A stretch of 64,000 nucleotides of DNA from Trypanosoma brucei (taxonomy: Eukaryota), in contig CM000207.1 of assembly GCA_000002445.1 (NCBI GenBank), forward strand, positions 2,144,001-2,208,000, written 5' to 3'. A program made the translations under genes and the position numbers. The notes beneath the pieces were generated by a model, which was not told the DNA's origin, ran no database searches, and was given only the letters and a program-made list of their open reading frames with translations. Below are positions 1 through 9,588 of this stretch, in pieces. How positions within the stretch are numbered: the first letter of the stretch is position 1; each line of letters starts with the position of its first letter.

Positions 1-768
1 ACCGGGATGAAGGCTGCAAACAGCGATGCCGTGGTGCCGGGCAATGTGGTGAGCGTGATATATATTGAGCAGCTTACTGGTCCCATAACGGGCAAAGGCG
101 TATAGGAGTGTAGACGACGTTAGTGCGCCAAGGGCGTTAGCCTCACCACTATTGAGTGCCTTCAGAGCCTCTAATAGGCGACCGTTAAGTTTACAATCAG
201 CTGCTCCCCGGGAGAACAGCAAACGCAGGAATCCACCTTCATGTAACACCAGCTGTGGGTATCGGTGAGCCGCAGAGGAAACGTATACCACACGGCCCCT
301 GCTTTGCTTCAATACGGGTATAAGCAGCTCAGTTAAAAGCAGAGGGCCGAGAAAATTAACCGCCGTGTGAAGCTCCAGTTGCGGATTGAACCGACTGAAC
401 TCCAATCGTCGACGCATCATACCAGCGTTGTTGACCAACACGTCAAGACGATCATAAGATGCCCTAAACCGGTCCACAAAACGACGTACACTACTGAAGT
501 CATCACACTCGATGCAGAACCTCCCGTCGACGATGACTGTGGAGGGCACCTCCCTATACTCTTGACCTTTCGTATCCTTAAGCCGTTGTTGCTCTGCCTT
601 TTCCCTAATCCTCCCCGCGGTTATTTCGCTGAGTGACGCATCCCGACAGGTACATATCACGCGATACCCCTCTACCGCCAGTCCTACCGCAGTCCAGAAC
701 CCGATGCCGGAGTTCGTCCCCGTTACGATAGCAACGGGCCGCTCCTCATCCTTCATGTCCCGCGTCAT
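1..768 (-). CDS. Short-chain dehydrogenase/reductase (SDR), 5' part only. The start ATG is at 768-766 and the C-terminus lies beyond the window edge. It is not in the supplied ORF track because it runs off the edge.
   Basis: Manual minus-strand translation from the ATG at 768 gives MTRDMKDEERPVAIVTGTNSGIGFWTAVGL..VLVNNAGMM..YAFARYGTSKLLNIYHAHHIARHHGIAVCSLHPG. It carries the SDR hallmarks: the TGxxxGIG Rossmann motif near the N-terminus, NNAG, and the Y-x-x-x-K catalytic pair (YGTSK). The frame is open for all 256 codons to position 1. Confidence 0.75.
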   Translation of the reverse strand, partial: MTRDMKDEERPVAIVTGTNSGIGFWTAVGLAVEGYRVICTCRDASLSEITAGRIREKAEQQRLKDTKGQEYREVPSTVIVDGRFCIECDDFSSVRRFVDRFRASYDRLDVLVNNAGMMRRRLEFSRFNPQLELHTAVNFLGPLLLTELLIPVLKQSRGRVVYVSSAAHRYPQLVLHEGGFLRLLFSRGAADCKLNGRLLEALKALNSGEANALGALTSSTLLYAFARYGTSKLLNIYHAHHIARHHGIAVCSLHPG

Positions 769-1810
769 GACAAACACGGAACGTGACTCATCCACTACAG
801 AAGATGTTGGTTTGTCCCGACTAACATTACTGTCTGTGCCTTTACGGCAACTCACTTCATCTCCTCGCCTTCGCGGCCTTGCTCTGTTGCGCACACCGCT
901 AGCCACCAGCCGTTGTAGCACAAGCCACACCGGCACTGCTACCACCAGAAATTGATTAGGCAAAAACGCAAATGAAGCAGCGGCCGCGCAAGCAGTACAT
1001 AAAGCTCCCAACTCACTATGGTAACCAGCCGGCACGAAACCCAACCCAACACCCATTCCCTTTTCCCACTCTTCACCACTATTTGTTTTCCCCTACCCTA
1101 TTCAATCGTTGAAACTTTAGCGTTTCTTTTGTCCTTTCCAGTAATTTCCCCCTTCGTAAATCACACTCCCTTAATTCCCCACAAATATATACATATTATG
1201 GAAGAAGATGTCAGTAAAGAGAGGAAACAAAAAAAAAATCCGTTACAGTGTTATAAAGTTTGGCATTTCAAAAAATTGTGTTGCACAGACAAGAGGAGGC
1301 ATCAAAGCAATTAAAATACGTGAGTGAATCATACAGCACGAGCATTGAATAAAAACAGAGATGTCTAGTTCACAAAACTTGATGATCGAATGAAGGCATC
1401 TGCGGCACAACAACGATGGAGCAAATTTTGCAGTTGAGCCGTCAAACATGGACATTCAAGTGCAGAAGTTGGATGAGGGAAAAAGGGAAGGAAACGGAAG
1501 GGTTTGATGAAAGTAAAATAAAAAGAAAGTAAAAGCGATTAATCACAATCGCTTTAGTGCCTCCACATGAATTTGCAATACAAAGAATGTGTCATCATGT
1601 CCCTCCTCCTTCCTTCCCTTTATCAAATACACTGAAAAGGGTTTTGTCATAAGAGGGTTCCTCTGAGAGAGTTTAGTTACCGCCATGCAGCTGCGGAAGT
1701 ATCGGCAACCTCTACTCGCTTCACAGAACGTAACATCCAACCGTATTTTCACACACAAATGCGAACACAAAACTCTGATTCTTCCCTCCCCTTTCCTTTC
1801 CCTCCTTCCA

Positions 1811-1863
1811 CACAAACACACACACACACACACATATAAATAAATATATATATATATATATAT
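1811..1863. repeat. Compound microsatellite, (CA)n followed by (TA)n.
   Basis: cacaaacacacacacacacacacacatataaataaatatatatatatatatatat. Confidence 0.9.
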
Positions 1864-2354
1864 GCAAATACCCTTGACACTCAACTCCCTTAATTCCGTC
1901 CTCTTTGTTTCATTTCCCACTTAAGTTTATCTCTCCTTCCTTTTTTTTTTTCGTTCGGTTCATCATCCGCACATATGGACAGGTTGAGATGCGCGTCGCT
2001 AAATCGTAAGCTCTTGCATAAAGCACAAAAAAAAAAACAAAACGCTGTGAGCTTAACAGGAAATAAACGAGTAACAACTCAGGGATCTATACAACTCAGC
2101 ATATAACAAGTCTTGAAAATATATATACTCCACAGCTCTCACCGTTGCAACCGGTTGGGTCCAAAGAAGAAAAAAAGTGAGAGGACACAGACAGAGAGAA
2201 AGCTATAGAAAGAGAGAGAGAGAGCCGTGTCTGTGGGAAAGTAAATTAAAGGGGAGGGAAGGAAAAAAAAAAGAAACAAAACAAGTATGAGCGAACGACA
2301 TAAAACAAAACAAAACGCAGAACGATCACGTGAATATGGGAAGTACACACCAGC

Positions 2355-2972
2355 TCACATGACGGTGCAACACCCAGAGTTTGTTTTCTTGGCTTGCTTG
2401 TAGAAGGTTTTGCTCGCCATTCCCAAATCCTCACTTTGTGCGACGAGGTCATCAATTTTCTGCCCGCGTTCAATAATCTGATCAATGGCGTTGTACATGA
2501 TAACTTTGGTGTCTTCTATATCTCGTTTGATCTTCAGAATCTTATCCTGTTCTTCTGGTTTCTGGTATTTCTCCAAAGTTTCCGTCAAATGTGGCCAACT
2601 GAGGAAGTTATCTTCCTTCCCATCAACGAGGTCGTATTTGCCGCGAAATGTGGTTTGGAATTGCTGAACGAGATCACCAAGTAACGTAAATGCCACACGG
2701 GAGTTATATTCCACATCACTAATGGCTAAAGCAACCAACCCATCGAATGTCGCATGAGCAAAGACAACATTGCCATTTTCTGTTATTTGTGTTTTAACAC
2801 CTTTGGCCACGCGGTTCGATACGGTACGGGTGAGAAACACTATGAATTCCCTTGCGGAGTTCCGCTGGAAGAATCCAAATGAACTAACGTCGATGGCCTG
2901 AGAGCATATGACGGGTTGCTTCTCCACACCACTTGGGTAGGGTTTTACAATTGCCAGGGAGTAAAGCTTCAT
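2355..2972 (-). CDS. YKT6: Ykt6-like longin R-SNARE, 205 aa. Start moved to MKLYSLAIV; the 44 residues before it in the ORF are encoded by T-rich intergenic sequence.
   Basis: N-terminal longin-like domain (MKLYSLAIVKP...VFAHATFDGLVALAISDVEYNSRVAFTLLGDL). C-terminal SNARE heptads (DIEDTKVIMYNAIDQIIERGQKIDDLVAQSEDL). The terminal ...KKTNSGCCTVM matches the CCxxM lipidation box of Ykt6 (CCAIM). Confidence 0.8.
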   Translation of the reverse strand: MKLYSLAIVKPYPSGVEKQPVICSQAIDVSSFGFFQRNSAREFIVFLTRTVSNRVAKGVKTQITENGNVVFAHATFDGLVALAISDVEYNSRVAFTLLGDLVQQFQTTFRGKYDLVDGKEDNFLSWPHLTETLEKYQKPEEQDKILKIKRDIEDTKVIMYNAIDQIIERGQKIDDLVAQSEDLGMASKTFYKQAKKTNSGCCTVM

Positions 2973-3027
2973 CGCAATGTTAATAATAAAAACAAAATCA
3001 ACAACTACGACAATATATGTATGCGCA

Positions 3028-3052
3028 CCAAAGAAGGCAAACGAAAAAAAAA
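3028..3052 (-). promoter_or_regulatory. Polypyrimidine tract on the transcribed strand upstream of the YKT6-like gene. Candidate trans-splicing and polyadenylation signal.
   Basis: Plus strand ccaaagaaggcaaacgaaaaaaaaa is a U-rich tract on the minus strand. It lies about 60-80 nt upstream of the ATG at 2972, with AG dinucleotides downstream. Confidence 0.45.
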
Positions 3053-3600
3053 TTCTTCTACCACAGACCTCTTCTTTTTTGTTCCCCACTTTGTGCTCCT
3101 CCACTTCTCAGACGCCTATGTTTTTTTTTCTTTTTCTTTTATAGCAATTAGAACACAAAGTAGAAAAGAAGAGTTAAATACGCTTATATATACTTATGTA
3201 TGTCACTTAAACGTAGCAGAGCTGCTGCCCACGTATAAATAATCAGTAAAGTAATACGTGAATTGTTAGAGCTGATTATATGTCAAATTTAACTCTCAGC
3301 TCCCGCCCTCCCCTTTTTTTCTTGCTTTTCTCTTGTGATATAATTGGTGATGGCGCCTTCTTTTTCCTTTTTTCCTTCTCCCTTTCTGCTTTTGTTGTTG
3401 TTGTTGTTGCTTTTATTGTCAATGCTGACCGGAATCGGCGGTTTTCAACTACCTTTCCTCCTTCCACGCGCGACACAAGAAGAAAGAAACTAAATTAAGG
3501 GAAAATATCAGTAACAATGATAATAATGATAATAATAGAATGAGAATGTAGGATAAGGCAACCAGGAAAGAAAAAGCGTATGTGAACGCAAACATATGCA

Positions 3601-3650
3601 TATATATATATATATATATACTAACACACATAAATATATATATATATATA
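3601..3650. repeat. (TA)10, then a spacer, then (TA)8.
   Basis: tatatatatatatatatata ctaacacacataaa tatatatatatatata. Confidence 0.9.
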
Positions 3651-4584
3651 CACGGTGATGTTTGATGATGAAAGAACTTAAGTAAGACGGGGGAGGAAAG
3701 GGGAGAAACAAACAAATAATAAGAAAACAACAACAACAACAGCAACAAAAAAGAAAAGAAAGGTGTCACAATCTGCTTCCATTTTGTACTTAAAAGCGGA
3801 ATGACTGTTTCTTTGTTCTTCCTTCTTTTTTTTTCCTTTTTTCAAGTGAACCAAAGCACAGACGCTCATAAATTATATTCCCATGCCTCTTCCCTTTTTC
3901 CTCCATTACTCGCAATTTACTTCGCACATCAAATCGCCGATACTTCCCCCTCCCTTTTTTTTAAATCCGGCTCTCTTTTTTTTAAAAAAAAATGAAGAGA
4001 AACATATGAGGTATATAACTTTTTAATTATAATAATAATAACAGTAACATAACAGCAATAACAACAAATGAGTCGTAAAACAGCTGCGAAGGAATGAAAT
4101 GAAATGATGAGTAAGCCGAGCGGTCTCAAAGGAAACAATACGAAACTGAGCAACCACACGGAACACACGTCAAAAAAACGAACCAAAAGGAAATTATAAA
4201 AAAAGAGAGGGAGAGAGAGAGAGAGAGCGGGAACCAAACACATATGCCCACAAATAAAAATCCAGCAAAAAGAAAAAAAACGGCCGAAAAGAAAAAAAAG
4301 AAAAGAAGAACATGAAACTTTAAAAGGGGAAAATAGAGCAATCAACACACACATAAATATGTATATTTCTTTCAATATCCGTATATAAGACGTGACAAAT
4401 GCTCGAGAGTAATGATCTCACATCCCAGAACCACAATGACACCAAATAGTAATCAGAAAACGTCACCACCACCTCCATAAGGAGAAAGACACCAATACAA
4501 TGTCATCAAACAAGTACAAATATAAAAACAACTCTGAAAGAATGAATATTACTTTTCTTTTTTAAAAAAAAGAAAAAAGAAAAA

Positions 4585-4612
4585 GGAACAAGGAACAAGG
4601 AACAAGGAACAA
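4585..4612. repeat. 7-bp tandem repeat (GGAACAA)x4.
   Basis: ggaacaaggaacaaggaacaaggaacaa, about 20 nt beyond the stop of the downstream gene on the minus strand. Confidence 0.9.
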
Positions 4613-4630
4613 GAGGTTTTATTGCTCCCA

Positions 4631-5575
4631 TTACGCGGAATTCAACTCCTCCCGCAGCATTTCACGACCCACAGGAGTGTACAAACTCAAATCCACGAGG
4701 AAGCGTTGTGCTAACGATATATCCACATCATTTCCCGTAAAGCGTGCACTGACTTCCTTGCAATTGTCCGGGACGGAAAATACCGATGGATGCGGTTCCG
4801 CGGGGACAAAATTATAAAAGTCCAACGTGACAGTTGTGTCCTGCATGAGGCGCTCAAGTTTGTCTTCGTATGGCCCTTCAGGGACTGCCACTTCATCAAA
4901 GAAAAGACCTCCAAAATACCGCCAGTTCGGAAGCGTCATGGGGCTTCCCGTCAATTCCTTTAACGCAGTCTGCCGCCGTCGTATTTGTACCCGCCATGGC
5001 ACGGCATGAAATGTACCATTGCGAATAAAATAATCCACCTCCTGCAATGGGCCCACACCACTTCGGCTATACCCCGTGTAGCGCCAAACCTTCACACCAC
5101 GGACGAGACTTGACTCCGCGTGCCTAACAAACTCATCCGGAACTCCAAACCCCGTAAGGCCGCGGTTTAACGCAAACGAGCGACAAGAAATTCTCTCTTC
5201 ACCTCCCCTACCACTTTTCTTTTCGCTACTATTGTTATTATTGTTGTTATTATTATTGTTGTTATTGTTGTTGCCGCTGGCGGTGGTGGTGGTGATGGGC
5301 TCGATGCTTTCGAACACGAAACCGCGTCCCAGTTTACCATCTGCAACAAATGAGTACTGAAATCCCATAAAAAAGTTATCGACGCGCAACCTCTTGGATT
5401 CATTGGAGGCGTAAATGTTTCCACTCTGTGCTACGGGTGGGGAAGAAATGAAAGGAATTGTGGTACCGGTAGTGACGTAAAAGCTGGGAGGAAATGGCAA
5501 CAACACGGCTGCAACCGAATCCAAACACGCAGCCAGCAGAAACACATTTGCTACGAGCATAGCGGCTGGTATCAT
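4631..5575 (-). CDS. Hypothetical secretory or membrane protein, 314 aa, with an N-terminal hydrophobic signal/anchor and an internal poly-Asn run. The ORF-track start at 5689 is rejected because that extension is encoded by a polypyrimidine tract.
   Basis: ORF 4631..5689 in the track. The first 38 residues (MIHFLLFVCVFFSFFSLPLRF...) come from the minus-strand polypyrimidine tract, so I use the start at MIPAAMLVANVFLLAACLDSVAAVLL, a signal-peptide-like segment. A 14-residue Asn run is encoded by (AAT/AAC)n at 5221-5272. No recognisable catalytic motif. Confidence 0.7.
   Translation of the reverse strand: MIPAAMLVANVFLLAACLDSVAAVLLPFPPSFYVTTGTTIPFISSPPVAQSGNIYASNESKRLRVDNFFMGFQYSFVADGKLGRGFVFESIEPITTTTASGNNNNNNNNNNNNNNSSEKKSGRGGEERISCRSFALNRGLTGFGVPDEFVRHAESSLVRGVKVWRYTGYSRSGVGPLQEVDYFIRNGTFHAVPWRVQIRRRQTALKELTGSPMTLPNWRYFGGLFFDEVAVPEGPYEDKLERLMQDTTVTLDFYNFVPAEPHPSVFSVPDNCKEVSARFTGNDVDISLAQRFLVDLSLYTPVGREMLREELNSA
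5221..5272 (-). repeat. Coding trinucleotide (AAY)n microsatellite encoding poly-Asn.
   Basis: Plus strand (ATT/GTT)n: tattgttattattgttgttattattattgttgttattgttgttg. It encodes the N14 run in the 4631..5575 CDS. Confidence 0.9.
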
Positions 5576-5632
5576 GAGGTGATAACCTTTTATGTCTTTC
5601 ACTATATAAAACCTTGGGGTGTGGCAAAACCG

Positions 5633-5661
5633 AAGGGGGAGGGAGAAAAAAGAAAAAAAAA
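5633..5661 (-). promoter_or_regulatory. Polypyrimidine tract upstream of the poly-Asn secretory protein gene. Candidate splice-acceptor signal.
   Basis: Plus strand aagggggagggagaaaaaagaaaaaaaaa is polyY on the minus strand. It lies about 60-90 nt upstream of the chosen ATG at 5575. Confidence 0.45.
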
Positions 5662-5860
5662 CACACACAAATAACAGAAAATGAATCAAATAAAACGAGT
5701 TAAAAGACAGACAAAAGTCTCCATAAAATAAAAAGCGGCCTTGTGACCGTCACTTACCCCATGGAATTTAACAATAAATGCGTTATGCGAAGAGAATACG
5801 GAATAAAAATGTTGGCCGGGCGTGGCTGCGGGGAACCACACGTATAAATATGAACAGATC

Positions 5861-5908
5861 TATATATATATATATATATAGATAGATAGATAGATATAGA
5901 TATATAGA
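5861..5908. repeat. (TA)10 followed by (GATA)n.
   Basis: tatatatatatatatatata gatagatagatagatatagatatatagatg. Confidence 0.9.
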
Positions 5909-7950
5909 TGCGTGTATGGAATGAAAATGGAAAAAAGCAAAAACTTGGCAACTGTTGTAAGACGTGTAATCGATGTATTGGCGAGTGGGTGGGGGCATAT
6001 GTGTGTGTGGGAGGGGAGGGCGATCCTGCCACTATATAAAAAAAAGAAACAAAAAAAAGGAAACAAAACAAAACAAAGTTGGAAAAGCAGGAAACAAATG
6101 GAAGGATAAATAAATTTATCAGCTTGTTTGTTTTGGGTTTGGTTTGTTAAACCTCATCATGCACTTCTACCAGCCATACACACATACACACACACACACA
6201 TACAAACACCGCCAACACACCTTGCAAGTCCTCTGTGCATATTTCATATATATATATATATATATTATCCAACACACAAATGCACAAACGACAAAGAGAG
6301 TGTAACCAAATTTGCAATGCGTAAAAAAAAAAAAAATTACTTCCCCTTGATTCCTTGCGTTTTTTATTCCTTCTTATTTCTTTTCCTATAATTCCGCTTT
6401 CTTTTGCATATCCCATTAGGTTTTTTTTTCTGTTTGTATTCCAATTACGCCACTACTCTTTCCTCCTTTACCTTCACCTTTCTGTTCGTTTCTTTTCTTT
6501 TCTTTTCTTTTTCTCTTTTTTCTCTTTCTCTTTATCTCTTTTCCTCTACCTCCTCCCGCAACCAGCCTTTGAAGAAATATTAAAACAACCAAACAAAATA
6601 CCTTAACAAGAAAAGTAAAAAAAAGAAACAAACAAAAAGGTGAAGGTACAAGCAAAGAAAAGAAAGAAGTGGAATTGGGAGTAATCATGATGATGATTAT
6701 GTGTTGTGAGCCATAAGCCATGAAGCCGAACGCCAACAACAAATACAAAAGTAAAAAGGGAAAATGAAAGTGAAAGAGTGAAGGTCAGAAATTGGAACAT
6801 CAGCAGTAACAAATAAAGAGAAAAGGAAACCACAAGGTTTCATATCACATGTAAAAAAAAAAAAAAGAAAAAAAACTAGTAGAATCAGAGAACAACAACA
6901 ACAAAAAAAGGAAAAGAAACTCCTTCACCATCGAAGGGAGAGGGAAAAAGAAAATGAAAAAAAAAAAGAGAAACAGAGAAAGAAATAAAGAAATAAAGGA
7001 GGAAATCCCTTCCCCTTCTCCTTCTCATCCTTCCCTTTCCCTTTCTTTTTCTTTTTCTTTTTCTCTCTCATTCATTCATCATCTTTTTCAAAACAAACAC
7101 AAAATGCAACCAAAGCAAATATATATATATATATTACACAATCACACCTATGCACAAATACAAACACCTGACATGTAATGCAACAGGCAATTTATGTTTT
7201 TTTTATTTATTTTTTTTGTTCTTCCTCTTCTCGCCTTCTTTCTTTTTTTTTTCTCTTCTCCCTTCGTATATATCACGTTCCGTTGTTCATCATTGATTCC
7301 CTCACCGCCAAATTACATAAAAACACAAAACCGAAACGCCCCGTTAGTCGCGTGGTTTCAAGGGATGGTTACAGTTGCTGCAGTAAATTCGAGTCACAAT
7401 GTAGAGGTGTTGGAACAAAGCGTAAAACAGAAAGAAAAAAAAACAAAGTCAAATGAACAAACAAATAAAAAAAAGAAGAAACGAACTTTAAAAAAAAAAA
7501 AATCACGCCCTCCATGTACAAACAAGGGGCCAAGAATCAAAGGAAGTGGTCACAACTACGACCACACATCTATCTTTATCCTTTCCCCCTCATTCTGTGC
7601 AGGATATGCACTGACAGGAGAAAAGAGGGAATATTTTTTTTAATAAAAAAAAAAAGAAAGAAGAGAGTGAAGAATGTGAAGGGGAAAGGGAAAGGGAAGA
7701 ACTAAAGGATGAAGATTTTTTTAAAAAAAAAAAAGGGCACCAACCAACTAACAGCGAGCGCCTTTGAACCTTCCTCCCACAATTTCCCACCGTTTTTTTT
7801 CTGTTCCCTTCCCATTTTTTTTATTTAAAAAAAAAACTCCCTACTTGTCTTTTATCGCGTATGGTTTGGTTGCGGTTGGTGTCAATAGTAGCGTCGACAA
7901 ATATAAATAAACAAATATATATATATACAAATATATATATATATATACTG

Positions 7951-9588
7951 CTACCGGTTCCTATGCTTACGTCGGTTCACCTTCTCACTACCGCCACTAA
8001 CGGCCCCTACTGTTGCCTGTAGTTGCCGAAGCAGTGAGACGCCGTTACCGCCGTCAGATTTAAAGTGCAGTGCTCCCGAAGGTTTCTGCGCTACTGTCCC
8101 CGAGGCGGGGCGCTTCCATTGCTGGCTTTGAAGGCCGATAAGCTGCCGTAATTCCTCAGATGCCGTTAGTTGAGGTTCCACAGCGGGGTGACGGGAGTCG
8201 GGTCCCTTCTGAAGGTCCGGATGCGTCGAGAAGAGTGGCACATCCTCCGGTAGTCCCAATACATCCAACATGCCGCCGCCGCCACGAACTGCCGTGCACC
8301 CCGCAGCTTTTGTTGCTTGTTGTGGCGACTTTGAGGATCTGACAACAGCAACCTTCTGGTATTTTTCCTTTTGTTTTTGTCCCATTACGGGGGTGCTCCA
8401 ACGGTTGGCATGCCCTCGCCGGCATTTGTCCTTGCGTGAGCAGGGACGCTTGCCATCATCGGGGTCGTGACTAAAGCGGCATGCATCCCTGGTGCAGCCT
8501 ACACTAATATTCTCGCAGCATAGTCGAGTTTCCCAAAAAAATGTCTCCGATGGTTTCATCGCTGCAGCGTCCGTATCCGGTTCCTCTCTTCTATCACTTG
8601 ACCTATGTTCACTGCGGTCCTTCTTCGCATTGTTTCCCTCACTCCTTTTCCTACTATTGCTCCTGTCATCGTTCCTGTTTCTGTTGTTGTTGTTGTTGTC
8701 GTCGTCGTCATTACCGTTACCGCTACCGTTACCGTTGGTGTTGGCGTTGGCATTATTGTAGGCAGCACCCTTCATGTGGTCGGTAACATCTGACAGTTTC
8801 GCTCCTTCGTTTAGTTGTTTTTCCTTAGCCTCTTCCTTTCTTTTAGCAATCGCGAGCAACCGCTCCTGAGCGGCGCGAATCAAAGGTTCATGGGAGTCTG
8901 TGCGAAGCACTTCCTTCAGTACTTCCATTGCCATCTCAAGGCCCCTGTCATTCGCTTGCCGCTCCGGATCATTGAAAGACTCCGGACAAAGTGCAATATC
9001 GGGATGAGAGCATTTATCGGGTGAGTCATCCACAATGATGGTGTTTACAGCGTTAAAACTCTTTGGGTACGAGTCAAATATCCTTTGCAAATTCTTCACC
9101 GTATGATAAGGTTTATCAGGAGTTGGCCGCGCGCCGCATGAATCACGATACAGTTGAAAAAGCAAACGGTCCTGATACCCGTTGAGCACCTTGTCAATAA
9201 TAGGAATGGAGGTGCGCTCCAACCCGCTTGTCCACACGGCCACAACAAAATTGTTCATGACAAACCGCACGAATTCCTCCACACCGGGGCGATCAGCAAA
9301 ACTTCCCCGACCGCGTGCCACAAGCACACCATTCAAGTCAAGCACCAGAAGGAAGGCCCGATGCACGCTGTCAAGACGTACAGTTACATCATATCCATGA
9401 CGGGTGGCTATCACTGCGGTATCATTTACTTCATCAAGTGAAACAACGACGCCAATTTCCGAGCGCCCGTTCGACAGTTGCACGCGGACGTACTGGTCAA
9501 CTTCAAAACGCTTCGTGCGTATGGCACATGGGGCAAAATGCTCCATTGATAGACAAAATGGTGCAACGTTGTGAGATTCAATAAACAA
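7951..9588 (-). CDS. FCP1/NIF-family (HAD) phosphatase-like protein with an Asn/Asp-rich low-complexity linker and a C-terminal CCCH-type zinc finger, 545 aa.
   Basis: The NIF domain is clear: LLVLDLNGVLVARGRGSFADRPGVEEFVRFVMNNFVVAVWTSGLERTSIPIIDKVL ... NTIIVDDSPDKCSHPDIALCPESF. Against SCP1/Dullard these align as VVIDLDETLV ... RPHVDEFL ... LILDNSPASY. The catalytic box reads D-L-N-G-V, not D-x-D-x-T/V. The linker is NNANANTNGNGSGNGNDDDDNNNNNRNRNDD. The finger is C-x7-C-x4-C-x3-H (CCENISVGCTRDACRFSH), followed by further Cys/His residues. Confidence 0.85.
   Translation of the reverse strand: MFIESHNVAPFCLSMEHFAPCAIRTKRFEVDQYVRVQLSNGRSEIGVVVSLDEVNDTAVIATRHGYDVTVRLDSVHRAFLLVLDLNGVLVARGRGSFADRPGVEEFVRFVMNNFVVAVWTSGLERTSIPIIDKVLNGYQDRLLFQLYRDSCGARPTPDKPYHTVKNLQRIFDSYPKSFNAVNTIIVDDSPDKCSHPDIALCPESFNDPERQANDRGLEMAMEVLKEVLRTDSHEPLIRAAQERLLAIAKRKEEAKEKQLNEGAKLSDVTDHMKGAAYNNANANTNGNGSGNGNDDDDNNNNNRNRNDDRSNSRKRSEGNNAKKDRSEHRSSDRREEPDTDAAAMKPSETFFWETRLCCENISVGCTRDACRFSHDPDDGKRPCSRKDKCRRGHANRWSTPVMGQKQKEKYQKVAVVRSSKSPQQATKAAGCTAVRGGGGMLDVLGLPEDVPLFSTHPDLQKGPDSRHPAVEPQLTASEELRQLIGLQSQQWKRPASGTVAQKPSGALHFKSDGGNGVSLLRQLQATVGAVSGGSEKVNRRKHRNR

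Noticed and set aside
367-955. Plus-strand ORFs 367..636 and 704..955 at the left edge.
   Set aside because: They lie antisense to the edge-truncated SDR gene, whose minus-strand frame is open for 256 codons and carries Rossmann, NNAG and YxxxK motifs.
5576-5689. N-terminal extensions of the longest ORFs. Examples are 5576-5689, 2973-3104, 12671-12856, 25882-26055, 27770-27844, 46165-46305 and 59192-59245.
   Set aside because: These segments are encoded by intergenic polypyrimidine, polypurine or microsatellite DNA (poly-Phe, poly-Glu/Lys or ..IYIYIY.. translations). They are far more likely to be splice-signal or UTR sequence than coding. The starts were moved to the first ATG within bona fide protein sequence.
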